64,000 bases of DNA from the NCBI GenBank assembly GCA_002104945.1, contig MCFH01000059.1, forward strand, positions 248,001-312,000, given 5' to 3'. Under the pieces are notes generated by a model. It was not told the DNA's origin, did not search any database, and saw only the letters and a program-made list of their open reading frames with translations. This stretch comes from Piromyces finnis finn. Lineage: Eukaryota; Fungi; Neocallimastigomycota. A program made the position numbers and the translations under genes. Positions 50,754 to 64,000 of the stretch are shown here, in pieces. Numbering within the stretch: position 1 is the first letter of the stretch; each line of letters begins with the position of its first letter.

Positions 50754-52469
50754 TATTATTTTGTGATAAATTTTATTATTAAAGTTTATTTATATGTAAA
50801 TATAAATAGGTAATTACATTGAATAAATTTATGGAAATATAAAACCTTTTATACTACAACGTGGCGTAGTATTTTATACAAGGTTAATCATATGAATAAT
50901 TTATAACTAGTCCATAAAAATAATATACTTAATCACATAAAATACATAACATTGAGGTTAATTATATTAATACTAAGATTATATTTATAATATATCAATT
51001 ATCAAATAAATATTAAATTTTAATTAATAAATAATATATAAAATTCTTTTTATATTCTAACATTTAATTATTAAATTAAATATTTATTTAAATTATTAGT
51101 ATATATTCATTTAAAATTACTATAAGCATTTATTTATATTAATATTAATTATTCATTTATTTAATTTTAAAAATTTATTTAATTATTATACTAATTATTT
51201 ATTTATTTATTTATTTTAGTAATTTATTTAAAATAATAGTAAATATTCATTTACATTTGTTATTTAATATTTTTAATTACATTTATTTGTACATTTTAAG
51301 GAAACATTATGTATTTCATTTTTTATTAATTTTATATGTATGTAATTTATGTTGTGTATTTTATTTCAACAGAAATTTAAGAAACAATTAAAAAGTTATT
51401 AGGAAAATCGGATATTAAGGTTTTTCTGAAATTTATTTCGGTTTTACTTAATATTACGATGATTGATATATTAGTTATCAATCGAATATCTTTTTAGGTT
51501 TTTCTTCTAGTCTTTTCCTAAAAAGATTATTTGTTAAGATTAGAAATTATTCATTAAACGTTAAATTTCTACAAAATTATAAATAAAAGAACTCTTGGAT
51601 TCTACTAAAGAATCCAGAGTTATTATTATGTAAAGATATCAAACGCCTCAGCCTGATATCTTTAATGTAACTTAAGCCACAAGTATTATTGTTTAAGTTA
51701 CACAAATTATATTACAGAAAAAGAAAATGAGACATAATTTATTTATTAATAATTAAAATTTGAAACAAAATAAATTATTAATTTATTTTTAATGTTTTAC
51801 AAACAAATTAAATTTCTCACTTTGTAAAGTCGACACAAAAGAATAGATTAGGATATCTATTCTATTACAATAACACTAAAGATTTATATAAAATTGTTTT
51901 GTTAAAAAAATATCTTTTATTATAATAGAAATTATATTAATAACAATTACATCGATAAAATGATGAAAAATATCTTCTATTTATATTTTTCCTAAATACA
52001 TTTATATTATATTATAACTATTTATTTCTTATATATTATTATTTAAAATCTACACTAAAATCTTAATTATTAATAAATATTTAAACTATAACTATTTTTA
52101 GTAAAATACAATTGGCAATTCAAATTAAGTACTATTCAATTTGAATATGTGCCCATGTATTATTGATATATTAAACATTTAATAATTATATACTAGATGT
52201 CTATTTCTATTACAAAACAATACTAAAACTAGGGGTTTGAATTGAGAATTTTAATTTATTTGTTAAACATTAAGAATAAACTAATAATTTATTTTGTTTT
52301 AAACTTTAATTATTAATAAATAAATTATGTCCCATTTTCTTTTTCTGTAATATAATTCGTGTAACTTAAACAATGATATTTATGGCTTAAGTTACATTAA
52401 AGATATCAATCTGTGGCGTTTGATATCTTTACAATCTCTCTCTCTAAGTCGAGCTCCTGCGAGATTAAT

Positions 52470-55400
52470 TTATAAAGAATCCTTTCTCGAAGGAATTTCA
52501 ATTACAAATGGTTGGTATCTATGCTTAATTAGATTACCAACTTTATTCTTTCTTATTCTCATGGAGGAGTCATTCAACTTATGTTTTGACTTTTTAGAGT
52601 TTCTTTCGAACTCTTGTATTAATTGTTTGTCCGGGATCTGATCTTCAGAAACCCAAGTGGATTTGTCAAATCCTTTCCACGATAACTTATAAAATGTCTC
52701 ACCATTAACAGATTTCATCTTCTCAATTTTTTCTGGAATTTTTTCAATTAAATCTGTGTTAAGATGAATATTTCTTTTCCTACTATTAGACCTATCTATA
52801 AACTCGTTTTCAAAGTATGGTTCTAACAATGAGACATGAAAGACTGGATGACATCTCATTGTCTTTGGGAGTTTCAATTTAAAAGCGAGAGAACTAACTT
52901 TTTCAATTATTTCAAATGGACCAAGCATTTGAGGTGCTAATTTCTTCTTCAAGTTAGTTCCCGGAGAATCTTTCAATAACCATACCTTCTTTCCACTTCA
53001 AATTCCGGGGGACTCATTCTTTTCATATCGGCATATTTCTTATATGTTTCTTTTGCTTTTTCTAAGCTTTCTTTTAATAATTTAAAGTTTTTATTCATAT
53101 CAATTACTCTTTGTTCAGCTCTACTAGGTCTATCATTAGCCGGGATTTCCAAGCTGAACTTTGGATGAAAACCATAATTAGCAAAGAATGGGGATTGATT
53201 TATAGATTGCTGTAAAGTGTTATTATATGCAAATTCAGCAAATGGAATAAGATCAACCCAGTTATTCTGCTTCTTATTGATAAAACAACGGAAATATTGT
53301 TCTAATATGCCGTTCACCCTCTCCGTTTGACCATCTGTCTGCGGATGGTTAGCAGTTGACAATGAATGATTGATATTAAGAAGGTCACAAAGTCTTGACC
53401 AGAAATCAGAAGTAAATTGCGAGCCTCTATCAGAAATGATGGAATTAGGAAGACCATGCAAACGGAAGACATTGGCAATAAAAGCATCAGCAGCAATTGA
53501 AGCAGTAGGAAGACAACGTAAAGGAATGGCGTGAGCAAATTTAGTAAATCTATCGACAACAACCATAAGTGTAGTCATATCTCTGGACTTAGGAAGATCA
53601 ACAATAAAGTCGATAGAGATATCAGACCAAGGCCTACTAGGAGTGTCCAAAGGGGATAACAAACCATAAGGCTTATGTCTAGGGACTTTGGATTTGCAAC
53701 AAGTCACGCAAGATTTAATAAAGGATTTAACATCTGAATGAAATCTTGGCCACCAAAAGTTTCTTGAAATAAGTTCAACGGTTTTCTTAATGCCGAAATG
53801 GCCAGCAGCAACAGAATCATGATGGAGTTCTAAAACTCTAGTCCTAAGAGATTTAGGAACATAAATAAGATTGTTAAATAACAAAAATCCTTCACCATCA
53901 ATAATAACTTTATCAATATTTTTAATAGGTGCATTACTTGTAGAACCATTCATTTTAAATTGAACAATGGAATTGTACAAATCGTCATTTTTAAGTTCTG
54001 ATAAAATAGAATCTATTAAAGGTTTGTTATCGCTATGATGAAGTGAAATTGTAAGACAAGAAACATTAGAGTTAATATCATTCACTAAATGATCACTTCT
54101 ACGAGACAGAATGTCAGGCTTTCCAGATTTCTTTCCAGCTCTATAGATGAGTTTAAAGTCAAATCTGGATAAGAACAAATTCCATCTAATTTGTCTCTGA
54201 GATAACATTTCAGGTTTTCTAGGAAATGTTAAGTTCTTGTGATCGGTATAAATTATGAACTGATGGCGTGCACCCTCTAAGTAATGACGCCATTCTTCAA
54301 GAGCAACTATAATAGCTAAGAGTTCCTTGTCATATATAGGATAGTTTCTTTGACAACTCGTCAAACTTTTAGAAAGAAATGCAATGGGATGTAATTTGCC
54401 GTCAAACTCTTGAGAGAGAATAGCACCGACAGCATAATTACTAGCATCAGTTTCAACAATAAATTGTTTATTACTATCCGCATGTTTCAGAATAGGAGCT
54501 GACGTGAACAAAGTTTTTAATAAAATAAAAGCGTCCTGATCTTCTTTCCCCCAGTTAAAAGCAACATTTTTTCTAGTGAGTTTGTGAAGAGGGTTTGCAA
54601 TTTTAGCAAAGTCTTTAATAAAAATTCTGTAGTAGTTACATAGACCAATAAAAGACTGAACCTCTTTAACATTCTTGGGAACCGGCCAATCGATAATTGC
54701 TTTAACTTTATTCTCATCCATTTGCAACCCATCTTTTGAAATGACATAACCAAGAAAAGTGGTTTTCTTAACATCAAACTCACATTTTTCTAATTTAACA
54801 TAAAGATTATTTTCAAGTAGTTTCTTAAGTACCTTTTTAACATGCTCATGATGTTCTTTGATATTATTAGAATAAATAAGGATATCATCAATATATGAGA
54901 TAACAAAATCATCTAAATAATCACTAAGAACATCGTTAATAAAGTGTTGAAAGGTTGCAGGTGCATTCTTTAATCCAAAAGGCATAACCAGATATTCAAA
55001 ATGACCGTACCTAGTACGAAAAGCCGTTTTGTATTCGTCACCTTCTTTAATACGAACAAGATTATAAGCAGATTTGAGATCTAATTTAGTGAAAATTTTA
55101 GCATTTTTCACTCTTTCCAGAAGGTCACTTATTAAAGGTAAAGGATATGAATTACGAATTGTAATATCATTCAATCTTCTATAATCAATACAAAGTCTTA
55201 AGGAACCGTCCTTCTTTTTAACAAACAAAATTGGGGCACCAGCAGGAGACGATGATTTCCTAATAAAACCTTTATTTAAATTTTCATCTATATACTTTTT
55301 AAGTTCCTCTCTTTCAACTTCAGTTAATGGATACAAGGGTCCATAAAATAAAGTTGAATCATCCTTAAGTTTGATTTCACAATCATAAGGTCTATGAGGA

Positions 55401-57681
55401 GGTAACACTTCACAATTTTTTTCGTTAAACACTTCACTAAATTCTAAATATTGGGTTGGTACGGCGACCAATTTATCTTTATTAATATCCTTTTCATTAT
55501 TATTATTATTACTACATGATTCATTATCATTATTACATGTTTCAATAATTTTCGTTACAATACATTTAACTTTTTTATTAAAACTAATATATTCATCATC
55601 GCTGTCATCTTCATCATTAATGGTTCTAACAAGGCGGCCTTTAACATATTCTTTTTCTTCATGGTTTGGGACGGAGGGATCTACTTTCGGTTTTTTGGTT
55701 AAGCTTCGGTCAAGAACATCATGATCTAATTGATCATTCTTGGACTTCTTTCTTGGTTTTCTTTTTCTTTTACCTTTGTTACAGTGTCTGGCACAATAAC
55801 CAGAACTAAAAGCGATTTTCTTAGAGTCATAGAAAGCATTTGGATTATGCTTCTTTATCCACGGCAAACCAAGAATAACATCAACACCGGGGACTTGTAA
55901 TCCATAAAGTTGAATTACTTCGAAGTGATTTTTGCATCGGAGCATACACTTCTCAGTCCTTTCCCATACACTTACAACTCCATCACTAACACCTGATACA
56001 CGGAATGGTTCTACCTTTTCCAACTTAATACCAAGGTCTTCAGCAAGACTTGGATTAATGAAATTCAATTCAGAACCGGAATCAATTAAAACCTTAATTT
56101 TAACTTCCGAAACTTCATTGGTACTCAAGTAAAAATCCACAAGATTTAAATCACTTTTCACTCCCTTGACTCCAACTTTGTAAATTTTTGGATTAACAAT
56201 TTTTGGAGTCCTTTCTTTAACAATTCTTAACACTTTTCTGGGCTTTACTCTATTAGGACAATTAAATTTTAAATGTCCTGGCTGTTTACAAAGAAAACAT
56301 AATCCTTTTTTCTTTTCTTCTTCAAAGTTGTCCATGTTTTCATTGTAATTTTTACTTGATCCTTGGATATTCACATACCTTCTACGCTTGTTTTCTCTAC
56401 TAATTCTAAATACATCCACATCCATAGGATCATCAGCCCTTCTACTATTAAAATAAAATTCACTAAGCGAATTCCTTTTCATCATATCTTCAACTAAAAT
56501 AGTTGAAGAAATCAATTGTTCAATTGAAGTTGGGTTTGATTCAATGAAAGCCAACTTCTCCCTAAGTGGTGGTAGTAAACCTTTCAGAAACATGTAGATT
56601 TTTGCGCTATCATTAAATGTAAAGATATCAAACGCCTCTGTTTGATATCTTTAATGTAACTTAAGCCACAAGTATTATTGTTTAAGTTACACAAATTATA
56701 TTCAGAAAAAGAAAATGAGACATAATTTATTTATTAATAATTAAAGTTTAAAACAAAATAAATTATTAGTTTATTTTTAATGTTTAACAAGTAAATTAAA
56801 ATTCTCAATTTAAATCCCTAGTTTTAGTATTGTTTTTTCATAGAAATAAATAAATAATATATAAATAATAAATGATTAATATATCAATAATACATGTGCA
56901 CATATTCAAATTGAATAGTACTTAATTTGAATTGCCAATTGTATTTTACTAAAAATAGTTATAGTTTAAATATTTATTAATAATTAAGATTTTAGTGTAG
57001 ATTTTAAATAATACTATATTTTAAATAAATAGTTATAATAATATAAATGTATTTAGGAAAAATATAAATAGAAGATATTTTTCATCATTTTATCGATGTA
57101 ATTGTTATTATTAAAATTCTATTATAATAAAAGATATTTTATAAAACAATTTTTTATTTTATTTTTTCAAATTTTTGTGTTATTGTAATAGAATAGATAT
57201 CCTAATCTATTCTTTCAGTGTTCAACATTACATTAAAGCTTGAATTTTGGCTAATACGTTGAAACTCGGTAATGTAATCTAATACCTGACCAAGTTTCCT
57301 TTGGCGAATATTATCTAATTTACCGTTAGCTACAACGGTATCGTATCTATAACTGCCAAAGTTAGCCTTCAACCTATCTACAAATTCATCATAATGGTTT
57401 AAAACCTCACTATTATTCTTCATCAACACTGAAGCCCATTCCAACGGTTTACCAGAGAAGTATGATATAACAAAGTCGACCTTGACTCGATCTGTATTAT
57501 ACAGTGTCGGTCGAGTACGAAATACCAACTCAACTCTGGTTAAAAATCCATCCAATTCTCTTTGTTTACCAGAAAATACAGGTGGAGCATTAATAATGTT
57601 CCCCGAGTTCCCAGAAACACCTACAGTCCCATCACCCATCTCCAAATTCAAACTTTTAAACTCACTAATTAAGTCCTCCAA
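52470..57681 (-). pseudogene. Gag-Pol of Gypsy D (gag split by a solo LTR; 1-nt frameshift near 52990)
   Basis: ORFs 57202-57681, 52973-56593 (CFLCKQPGHLKFNC, LIDSGS, YIDD, DDE) and 52470-52976 (GPF, divergent chromodomain). Confidence 0.93.
56618..57232 (+). mobile_element. Family-F solo LTR inserted antisense in Gypsy D gag
   Basis: TG...CA ends, TSD TTAAA. The gag frame (QNSSFN/DSAKIYMF) is rejoined when it is removed. Confidence 0.94.
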
Positions 57682-57882
57682 TTCAAAATATAATATACAA
57701 TATAAAATTAAAATGGTTTCTTACTACTGTTTCAAGTAAGTAATCTTAAAAAAATTTTTTTTTTTTTTTTTTTTTTTAATTACACTAGTACAATATATTC
57801 TAATACAAAAGTTATTCAAACGCGTTCTGCAAAGCAGTGTCGAACAAGTTTTGTATTACTAATTCCTGTAAGATTTTAATAG

Positions 57883-58022
57883 TTTTCTTTCTTCAATTTC
57901 TTGTCCTTCGGCGGTAGAATCCAACCAAGTAGCTTTTTCTTTCTTCAATATCTTGTCCTTCGGCGGTAGAATCCAACCAAGTAGCTTTTTCTTTCTTCAA
58001 TTTCTTGTCCTTCGGCGGTAGA
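57883..58022 (-). repeat. 52-bp tandem repeat (about 2.6 copies) in the Gypsy D leader
   Basis: cggcggtag at 57909, 57961 and 58013. Confidence 0.92.
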
Positions 58023-59295
58023 TACCCTAACGTATTCTTGGATTTCGTTAGGTAATTGTTATTGTAAAGTCGACACAAAAGAATAGATTAGGATATCTAT
58101 TCTATTACAATAACACTAAAATTTTAAAATAAAATAAAAAAAATTGTTTTTTAAAAATATCTTTTATTATAATAGAATTTTTAATAATAACAATTACATT
58201 GATAAAATGATGAAAAATATCTTCTATTTATATTTTTCCTAAATACATTTATATTATTATAACTATTTATTTAAAATATAGTATTATTTAAAACCTATGC
58301 TAAAATCTTAATTATTAATAAATATTTAAACTATAACTATTTTTAGTAAAATACAATTGGCAATTCAAATTAAGTACCATATAATTTGAATATGTGCCCA
58401 TGTATTATTGATATATTAATCATTTAATAATTATATACTAGATGTCTATTTCTATTAAAAAACAATACTAAAACTAGGGGTTTGAATTGAGAATTTTAAT
58501 TTATTTGTTAAACATTAAGAATAAACTAATAATTTATTTTGTTTTAAACTTTAATTATTAATAAATAAATTATGTCCCATTTTCTTTTTCTGTAATATAA
58601 TTCGTGTAACTTAAACAATGATATTTATGGCTTAAGTTACATTAAAGATATCAATCTGTGGCGTTTGATATCTTTACACACTTTAATTTCTTAGTCTTAG
58701 TATTGTTTTCTGATAGAAATAGATAAATAGTATATAAATAATAAATGATTAATATATAAATAATACATGGGCACATATTCAAATTGAATAGTACTTAATT
58801 TGAATTGCCTATTTAATTTTACTAAAATAGTAATAGTTTAAATATTTTATTAATAGTTAAGATTTTAGCATAGGTTTTAAATAATACTATATTTTAAATA
58901 AATAGTTATAATAATATAAATGTATTTAGGAAAAATATAAATAGAAGATATTTTTCATCATTTTATCAATGTAATTGTTATTATTAAAAATTCTATTATA
59001 ATAAAAGATATTTTTAAAAAACAATTTTTTTTATTTTATTTTAAAATTTTAGTGTTATTGTAATAGAATAGATATCCTAATCTATTCTTTTAGTATTCAA
59101 CATTACATATTATAAGAACAATCATAATAAATAACCTTTATTAAAAAGAATATTAAAAAATATATATATATTTTAAATAAAATATCATTAAAGCTGTGTT
59201 GTTTATTATATTTCCTTATAATAAACTCTTTTTAAGATAAGTATAAATTTTTATTTTAATTTCACAGTTTAATAATATTAATTATTATTACATTC

Positions 59296-60103
59296 TGATA
59301 AATAATGAAATTAATAAATATAAAATTATTATTATACTTGATTTTTAAGTTAACCCTAAAAGTAACTTAAAATAAGTTATAGTTTAATTAATTACTTTTA
59401 CCAAAATCCTAAAATGAAATTAATCCTTAACACTGCATATATTTTGATTATTGAAAGAAAAATAATAAACTTTAATTAATCGAGATCAAAATATATAACT
59501 TTTGTTAAATTAATTGTTAAATTAAATAGTTAATAACTTCTTTTGTAAATTACACTTTAAAAGTAAACAAATATAATAATTAATGTTATAAAATAATATA
59601 ATTAAACACTTTTATTAAAATATTAAAAATAACTATTACTTTAATTGTAAAATAAACAACTTTTTATATTCTTTAACTTTTAATTATTTCTTTTATTGTT
59701 ATTTCTAATTACTTTTATTACTTTTATTGTAAATAGTTATTAATTTTATTATTTTAATGTAAATAGTTTAATTTTAAAAGAAAATATAAATATATGTAAA
59801 TATTCTCATTTTAATCATTATTATTATTAATAAAGAAATATTATATAATTTAGTTAATATTTTTATAATTTTAATAATCAATTTTATAATTAAATAAATA
59901 AAAATTTTAAATATTTAAATATTAGAAAAACAAGTATTTCTAATAAAACAATTTAGTGTTGTAATAAAACAATTTTATTAATTTTTATAAAAACACTTTC
60001 AAATTCTAATCCATATAACTTATACAGTTACAATCAAAGATATAATATAATAATCACTTTTTGAAGTAAAATTCAAAATTAAGATTATTATCAAATTATA
60101 TCA
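59296..60103. repeat. About 810-bp repeat, arm 1 (TGATA...TATCA ends)
   Basis: Reverse complement of 62382-63170. Confidence 0.8.
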
Positions 60104-60500
60104 GATATATGTAAGAAGTTACTTAAATAAAATATAAATAACTTCTACAAATTTGTCATGAATATTAGTGGATTCATGATAATTTATTTAAATAATGTTT
60201 TATTCATTTAATTAATAAGAAATATTTTATAAAAACATTATTTAATAATAACTTTAGAGATATTTATTAATTATAATTATAATGATTTATATTTATTAAA
60301 GTTTAAATTATATCTCTTCATTTATTTGATGTGGAAGGAAATTAAAATAAATGAAATAGTCATTCCTCCCTCAAATGATTAAAATGACTTAATCAAGTAA
60401 TAAAGAATAAGTCATAAGCTTAAAGTCATTATATAAATATTTAATATATTTTAATTAATAGAATAGATAATTAAATTAAAATCTAAATCATGTATTTTAT

Positions 60501-61192
60501 TGTAAAAGTTTTATAAAATTTAAAATAGATTATAAAATTTTTACAATAAAACAATAAACACAAAATAAATAAAAAAGAAACAAGAAAATAAATTATATTT
60601 AAAATATCTCTTTTATTAATTTTATTTAGTTATTAACTAAATAATAGTCAATAACAATTACATTGTTTTAATCAAGAAATTTTACATGTATTTATATTTT
60701 TTGTAAATTATATTTTAATATACTATTCTATTTAATTATACATATATTCAATATAAAATAAACATAACTAATTTAATACTAAATTAATTATATAATAAAA
60801 TAATAAAACTAAACTAATTAAATACACTTTTGATTCAATTTGAGCAAACTACAAATTAAATACAGTCCATGTATTACCTATATTTATTATATATTTGCTA
60901 TTAAAAATGCTAATTTAAAACTACGCTAAAGTTATTAAACTAATTTTAATTAAATAAAAACTTTTTAAGATTTAATTTGAATATTTAAAATATTTAAATT
61001 TAATTATCCATTAATTTAAATATTTATCCAATTTTCATTTCTAACTTTGATATTTTAAAATTAATCTTTATTTAATTATTCCGTAAAATTTATATAATAA
61101 ATTTTATAAATAATTTTCATTAAAATATCAAAATTATTATTTAATAATTATTAATTATTAAATAATTTAAAGATATATTTTATATCTTTACA
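60501..61192 (-). mobile_element. Solo LTR, family B
   Basis: Reverse complement of 36499-37224. TSD TTTAT. Confidence 0.92.
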
Positions 61193-62381
61193 TTTATAAC
61201 TAATGTAACTTTATTAAATAGATTAATGATTTATTAATTGATTTAAAAAATATAAAAACTCGAGAATAATTTGATAATTAAACTTTTGGAGAAATCATTA
61301 AGTTTTATGACTTTACTTAATGATTAATAATATAATTGATTAATAACATGTAGTAATAAATTTATTAATAAATAAAACTTTATAATAAAACATATTTTGT
61401 ATTAATTTAATAAGTAGGGTTAGGGCATTCTGACCTAACTTACTTCAATTCAACCTTAACTCCTTAACAAATAAATAATCATGAATCCACTGATATTCAT
61501 GATTATTTATTAAGGGTTAAGGTCATATCTTAACCTTTTCTAAATTTTTTAAATACTTCTTTATAATTTATAATTTATTTGGAAATAAAATATTGTTGAT
61601 TTTAAAATTTTATAAGTGATTTCACAATTTCAAGTGATCTTGAAATTATAGATTTCACTTGTATTCGTGACAAATATAACTAGTGTGCTTACCACACTTT
61701 TCTTTAATAAAATATCGCTTTTTGACAATGGTACAGAATTTTATTATAAGTACCTTTTTATTTATTATTTAGGACACTACAACAGTTATAAATAACAAAT
61801 TTATATTCTAGATGAATAATTATTATTATATTTTTATTTATTATTTTATTTATTATTTTATTATTTTATTTATTATTTTATTATTTTATTACAAGTTTTA
61901 TTATTCATAAGTATTATTTATTATTATTTATATTATTATTTGTTAGTAAAAAAAAAATAGGAATAATCTTAGAAAATAAACTAATATTATTATTAATTCC
62001 TTCACTAAATCTAATAATAATATTATTTATTCTTCTATTATTATCACTTTATCTTTATTTTATTTATAATATAACTAATATAAACTAACTATAACTAACT
62101 AATTAACTAAAACTAACTAACTATTAATAAGAACGCGTCTTTCTCCTTTCTTTAAATAATTATATTTTTCGTCATTATATTAAATTATAAAAAGTTTATT
62201 ATACTTTATTGAATTATTTATAAGTTATTAATTTAATTTAATTTACCATTCTTATTATTACTATCGATATATCAATTTATTAATTAAAAATATTTATATA
62301 TATATATATTTTATAAGGGTTATTTCATTTGTCAAATATATGGATTTATTACATTTTTCTGAATGTATTGTACCAACAACT

Positions 62382-63170
62382 TGATATAATTTGATAATAA
62401 TCTTAATTTTGAATTTTACTTCAAAAAGTGATTATTATATTATATCTTTGATTATAACTATATAAGTTATATGGATTAGAATTTGAAAGTGTTTTTATAA
62501 AAATTGATAAAATTGTTTTATTAGAAACTCGTTTTTCTAATATTTAATTATTTAAAAGTTTATTTATTTAATTATAAAAGGGATTATTAAAATTATAAAA
62601 ATATTAACTAAATTATATAATATTTCTTTATTAATAATAATAATAATGATTAAAATGAGAATATTTACATATATTTGTATTTTCTTTTAAAATTAAACTA
62701 TTTACATTAAAATAATAAAATTAATAACTATTTACAATAAAAGTAATAAAAGTAATTAGAAATAACAATAAAAGAAATAATTAAAAGTTAAAGAATATAA
62801 AAAGTTGTTTATTTTACAATTAATTAAAGTAATAATTATTTTTAATGTTTTAATAAAGATGTTTAATTATATTATTTTATAACATGAATTATTATATTTG
62901 TTTACTTTTAAAGTGTAATTTACAAAAGAAGTTATTAACTATTTAATTTAACAATTAATTTAACAAAAGTTATATATTTTGATCTTGATTAATTAAAGTT
63001 TATTATTTTCTTTCAATAATCAAAATATATGCAGTGTTAAGGATTAATTTTATTTAAGAATTTCGGTAAAGTACTTAATTAAACTATAACTTCTTTTAAG
63101 TTACTTTTAGGGTTAACTTAAAAATCAGGTTTAATAATAATTTTATATTTATTAATTTCATTATTTATCA
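62382..63170. repeat. About 790-bp repeat, arm 2 (inverted copy of 59296-60103)
   Basis: For example gattagaatttgaaagtgtttttat and atatatgcagtgttaaggattaat are reverse complements of arm-1 segments. Confidence 0.8.
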
Positions 63171-64000
63171 AATTGGTAAGGTTCTGTTAAATAATAGGGA
63201 ATAATAAATATTTGAATTTTAATACTTATTTTTATTTTTATTTTTCTGGTATATCGTTTTTATTAGAACTTCTCTTTTTATTTTATATAAATTTATACAT
63301 TTAAAGTTTAATATCAATTATCAATACTTTTAATTATTAATTTCGGAAATAAACAAAAAAAAATACATTAAAATCTTAATAAATAAAAGATATTTTAATA
63401 ACTAAACAATAAAAATAATAAGTTGTTTAATTTTATAAAATAATATAGTTTAATAATTTAAAAATAAGTTTAATTTAGAATATAATAGTAGTTCAATTTA
63501 ATAAAAATAAAATTTAATTAAAATATTTACACTTAGATAAATAATATTAATTTATTAATTAAAAATTCAGTTAACTTAAATATGATAATAATGATAAATG
63601 GTTAAGCTATTTTAATAATAAAAACATTATATCATTATTCCTTATCAACAAAAGTGTCACAATAACATATATAAAAATTTAAAAAATTTGGACACATGGA
63701 AAAAATTAAAATTTTTTTTAAAATTTGAAAATTTGAAAAAATTTATTTTTTAAATTTTTATTAAAAAATTTCAAAGTATAAAATTTCTAATATTTGAAAT
63801 TATTAAATTTTTTAAAATTATTAAAATTTTATTATTAAAAATTTTATTTTAAATTTATTAACTATTTACAATAATTATATTAATTATTAATTTATAAAAA
63901 TTAAATATTTTATAATTAGATAATAATTAATTAAAATTAAAAAATGTAATAATTAAAATTGTTCATGTATAAAAAGAACAAAAATTGACAAAAATTACGA

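Larger units (their letters stand above)
33545..51062 (-). mobile_element. Copia-3: two-LTR Ty1/Copia element hosting Gypsy B and C
   Basis: 309-bp LTRs at 33545-33853 and 50754-51062 with one substitution seen. TSD TTTAA. PPT GATTTGAGGGGGAG at 33854. PBS at 50739-50753. Confidence 0.93.
51823..58678 (-). mobile_element. Gypsy D chromovirus with family-F LTRs, disrupted
   Basis: LTRs at 51823-52433 and 58063-58678. TSD CACTT. PPT AGAGAGAGAGAT. Confidence 0.93.
51629..59107 (+). mobile_element. Family-F solo LTR (51629-51822 plus 58684-59107) hosting Gypsy D
   Basis: TGTAAAGATATC...CAACATTACA. TSD TATTA. Confidence 0.88.

Noticed and set aside
51590-51621. Strong hairpin AACTCTTGGATTCT/AGAATCCAGAGTT as a Helitron 3' end
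   Set aside because: No CTRR terminus follows even after removing the F LTR, and there is no 5' TC end or RepHel remnant.
61415-61425. TAGGGTTAGGG telomere-like seed
   Set aside because: Fewer than two full units, so it is not a telomeric array.

Overview
Extremely AT-rich eukaryotic DNA with short GT-AG introns. Composition and repeat load suggest an anaerobic gut fungus (Neocallimastigomycota); this is inferred, not tested. Most of the window is nested LTR retrotransposons. There are four full-length Ty3/Gypsy chromoviruses: A (4435-10952) and C (43043-48567) look intact, while B (36499-49056) and D (51823-58678) are disrupted. There are also three Ty1/Copia elements or remnants and about 10 solo LTRs, most with a readable 5-bp TSD. 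Two intron-rich host genes missed or fragmented by the ORF track lie between them: HAT1 (16407-18738, minus) and the DEAD-box helicase SPB4/DDX55 (about 25944-28884, minus). Most interesting observations: (1) an intact, intronless, highly divergent RNA polymerase second-largest subunit, possibly giant-virus-derived; (2) a Copia-derived shell (LTR, PBS, RNase H relic, PPT, LTR) that carries an intronless secreted Cys-rich NlpC/P60-like enzyme gene instead of gag-pol; (3) Copia elements whose PBS matches the anticodon half of tRNA-Lys(CUU), next to LTRs with non-canonical TG...TA ends; (4) a tRNA-Gln-derived A-box/B-box module in exact tRNA register inside chromovirus LTRs; (5) Tf1-type 11-nt self-priming signatures in all four Gypsy elements. 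Coordinates were read by eye, and no database search or alignment was run.
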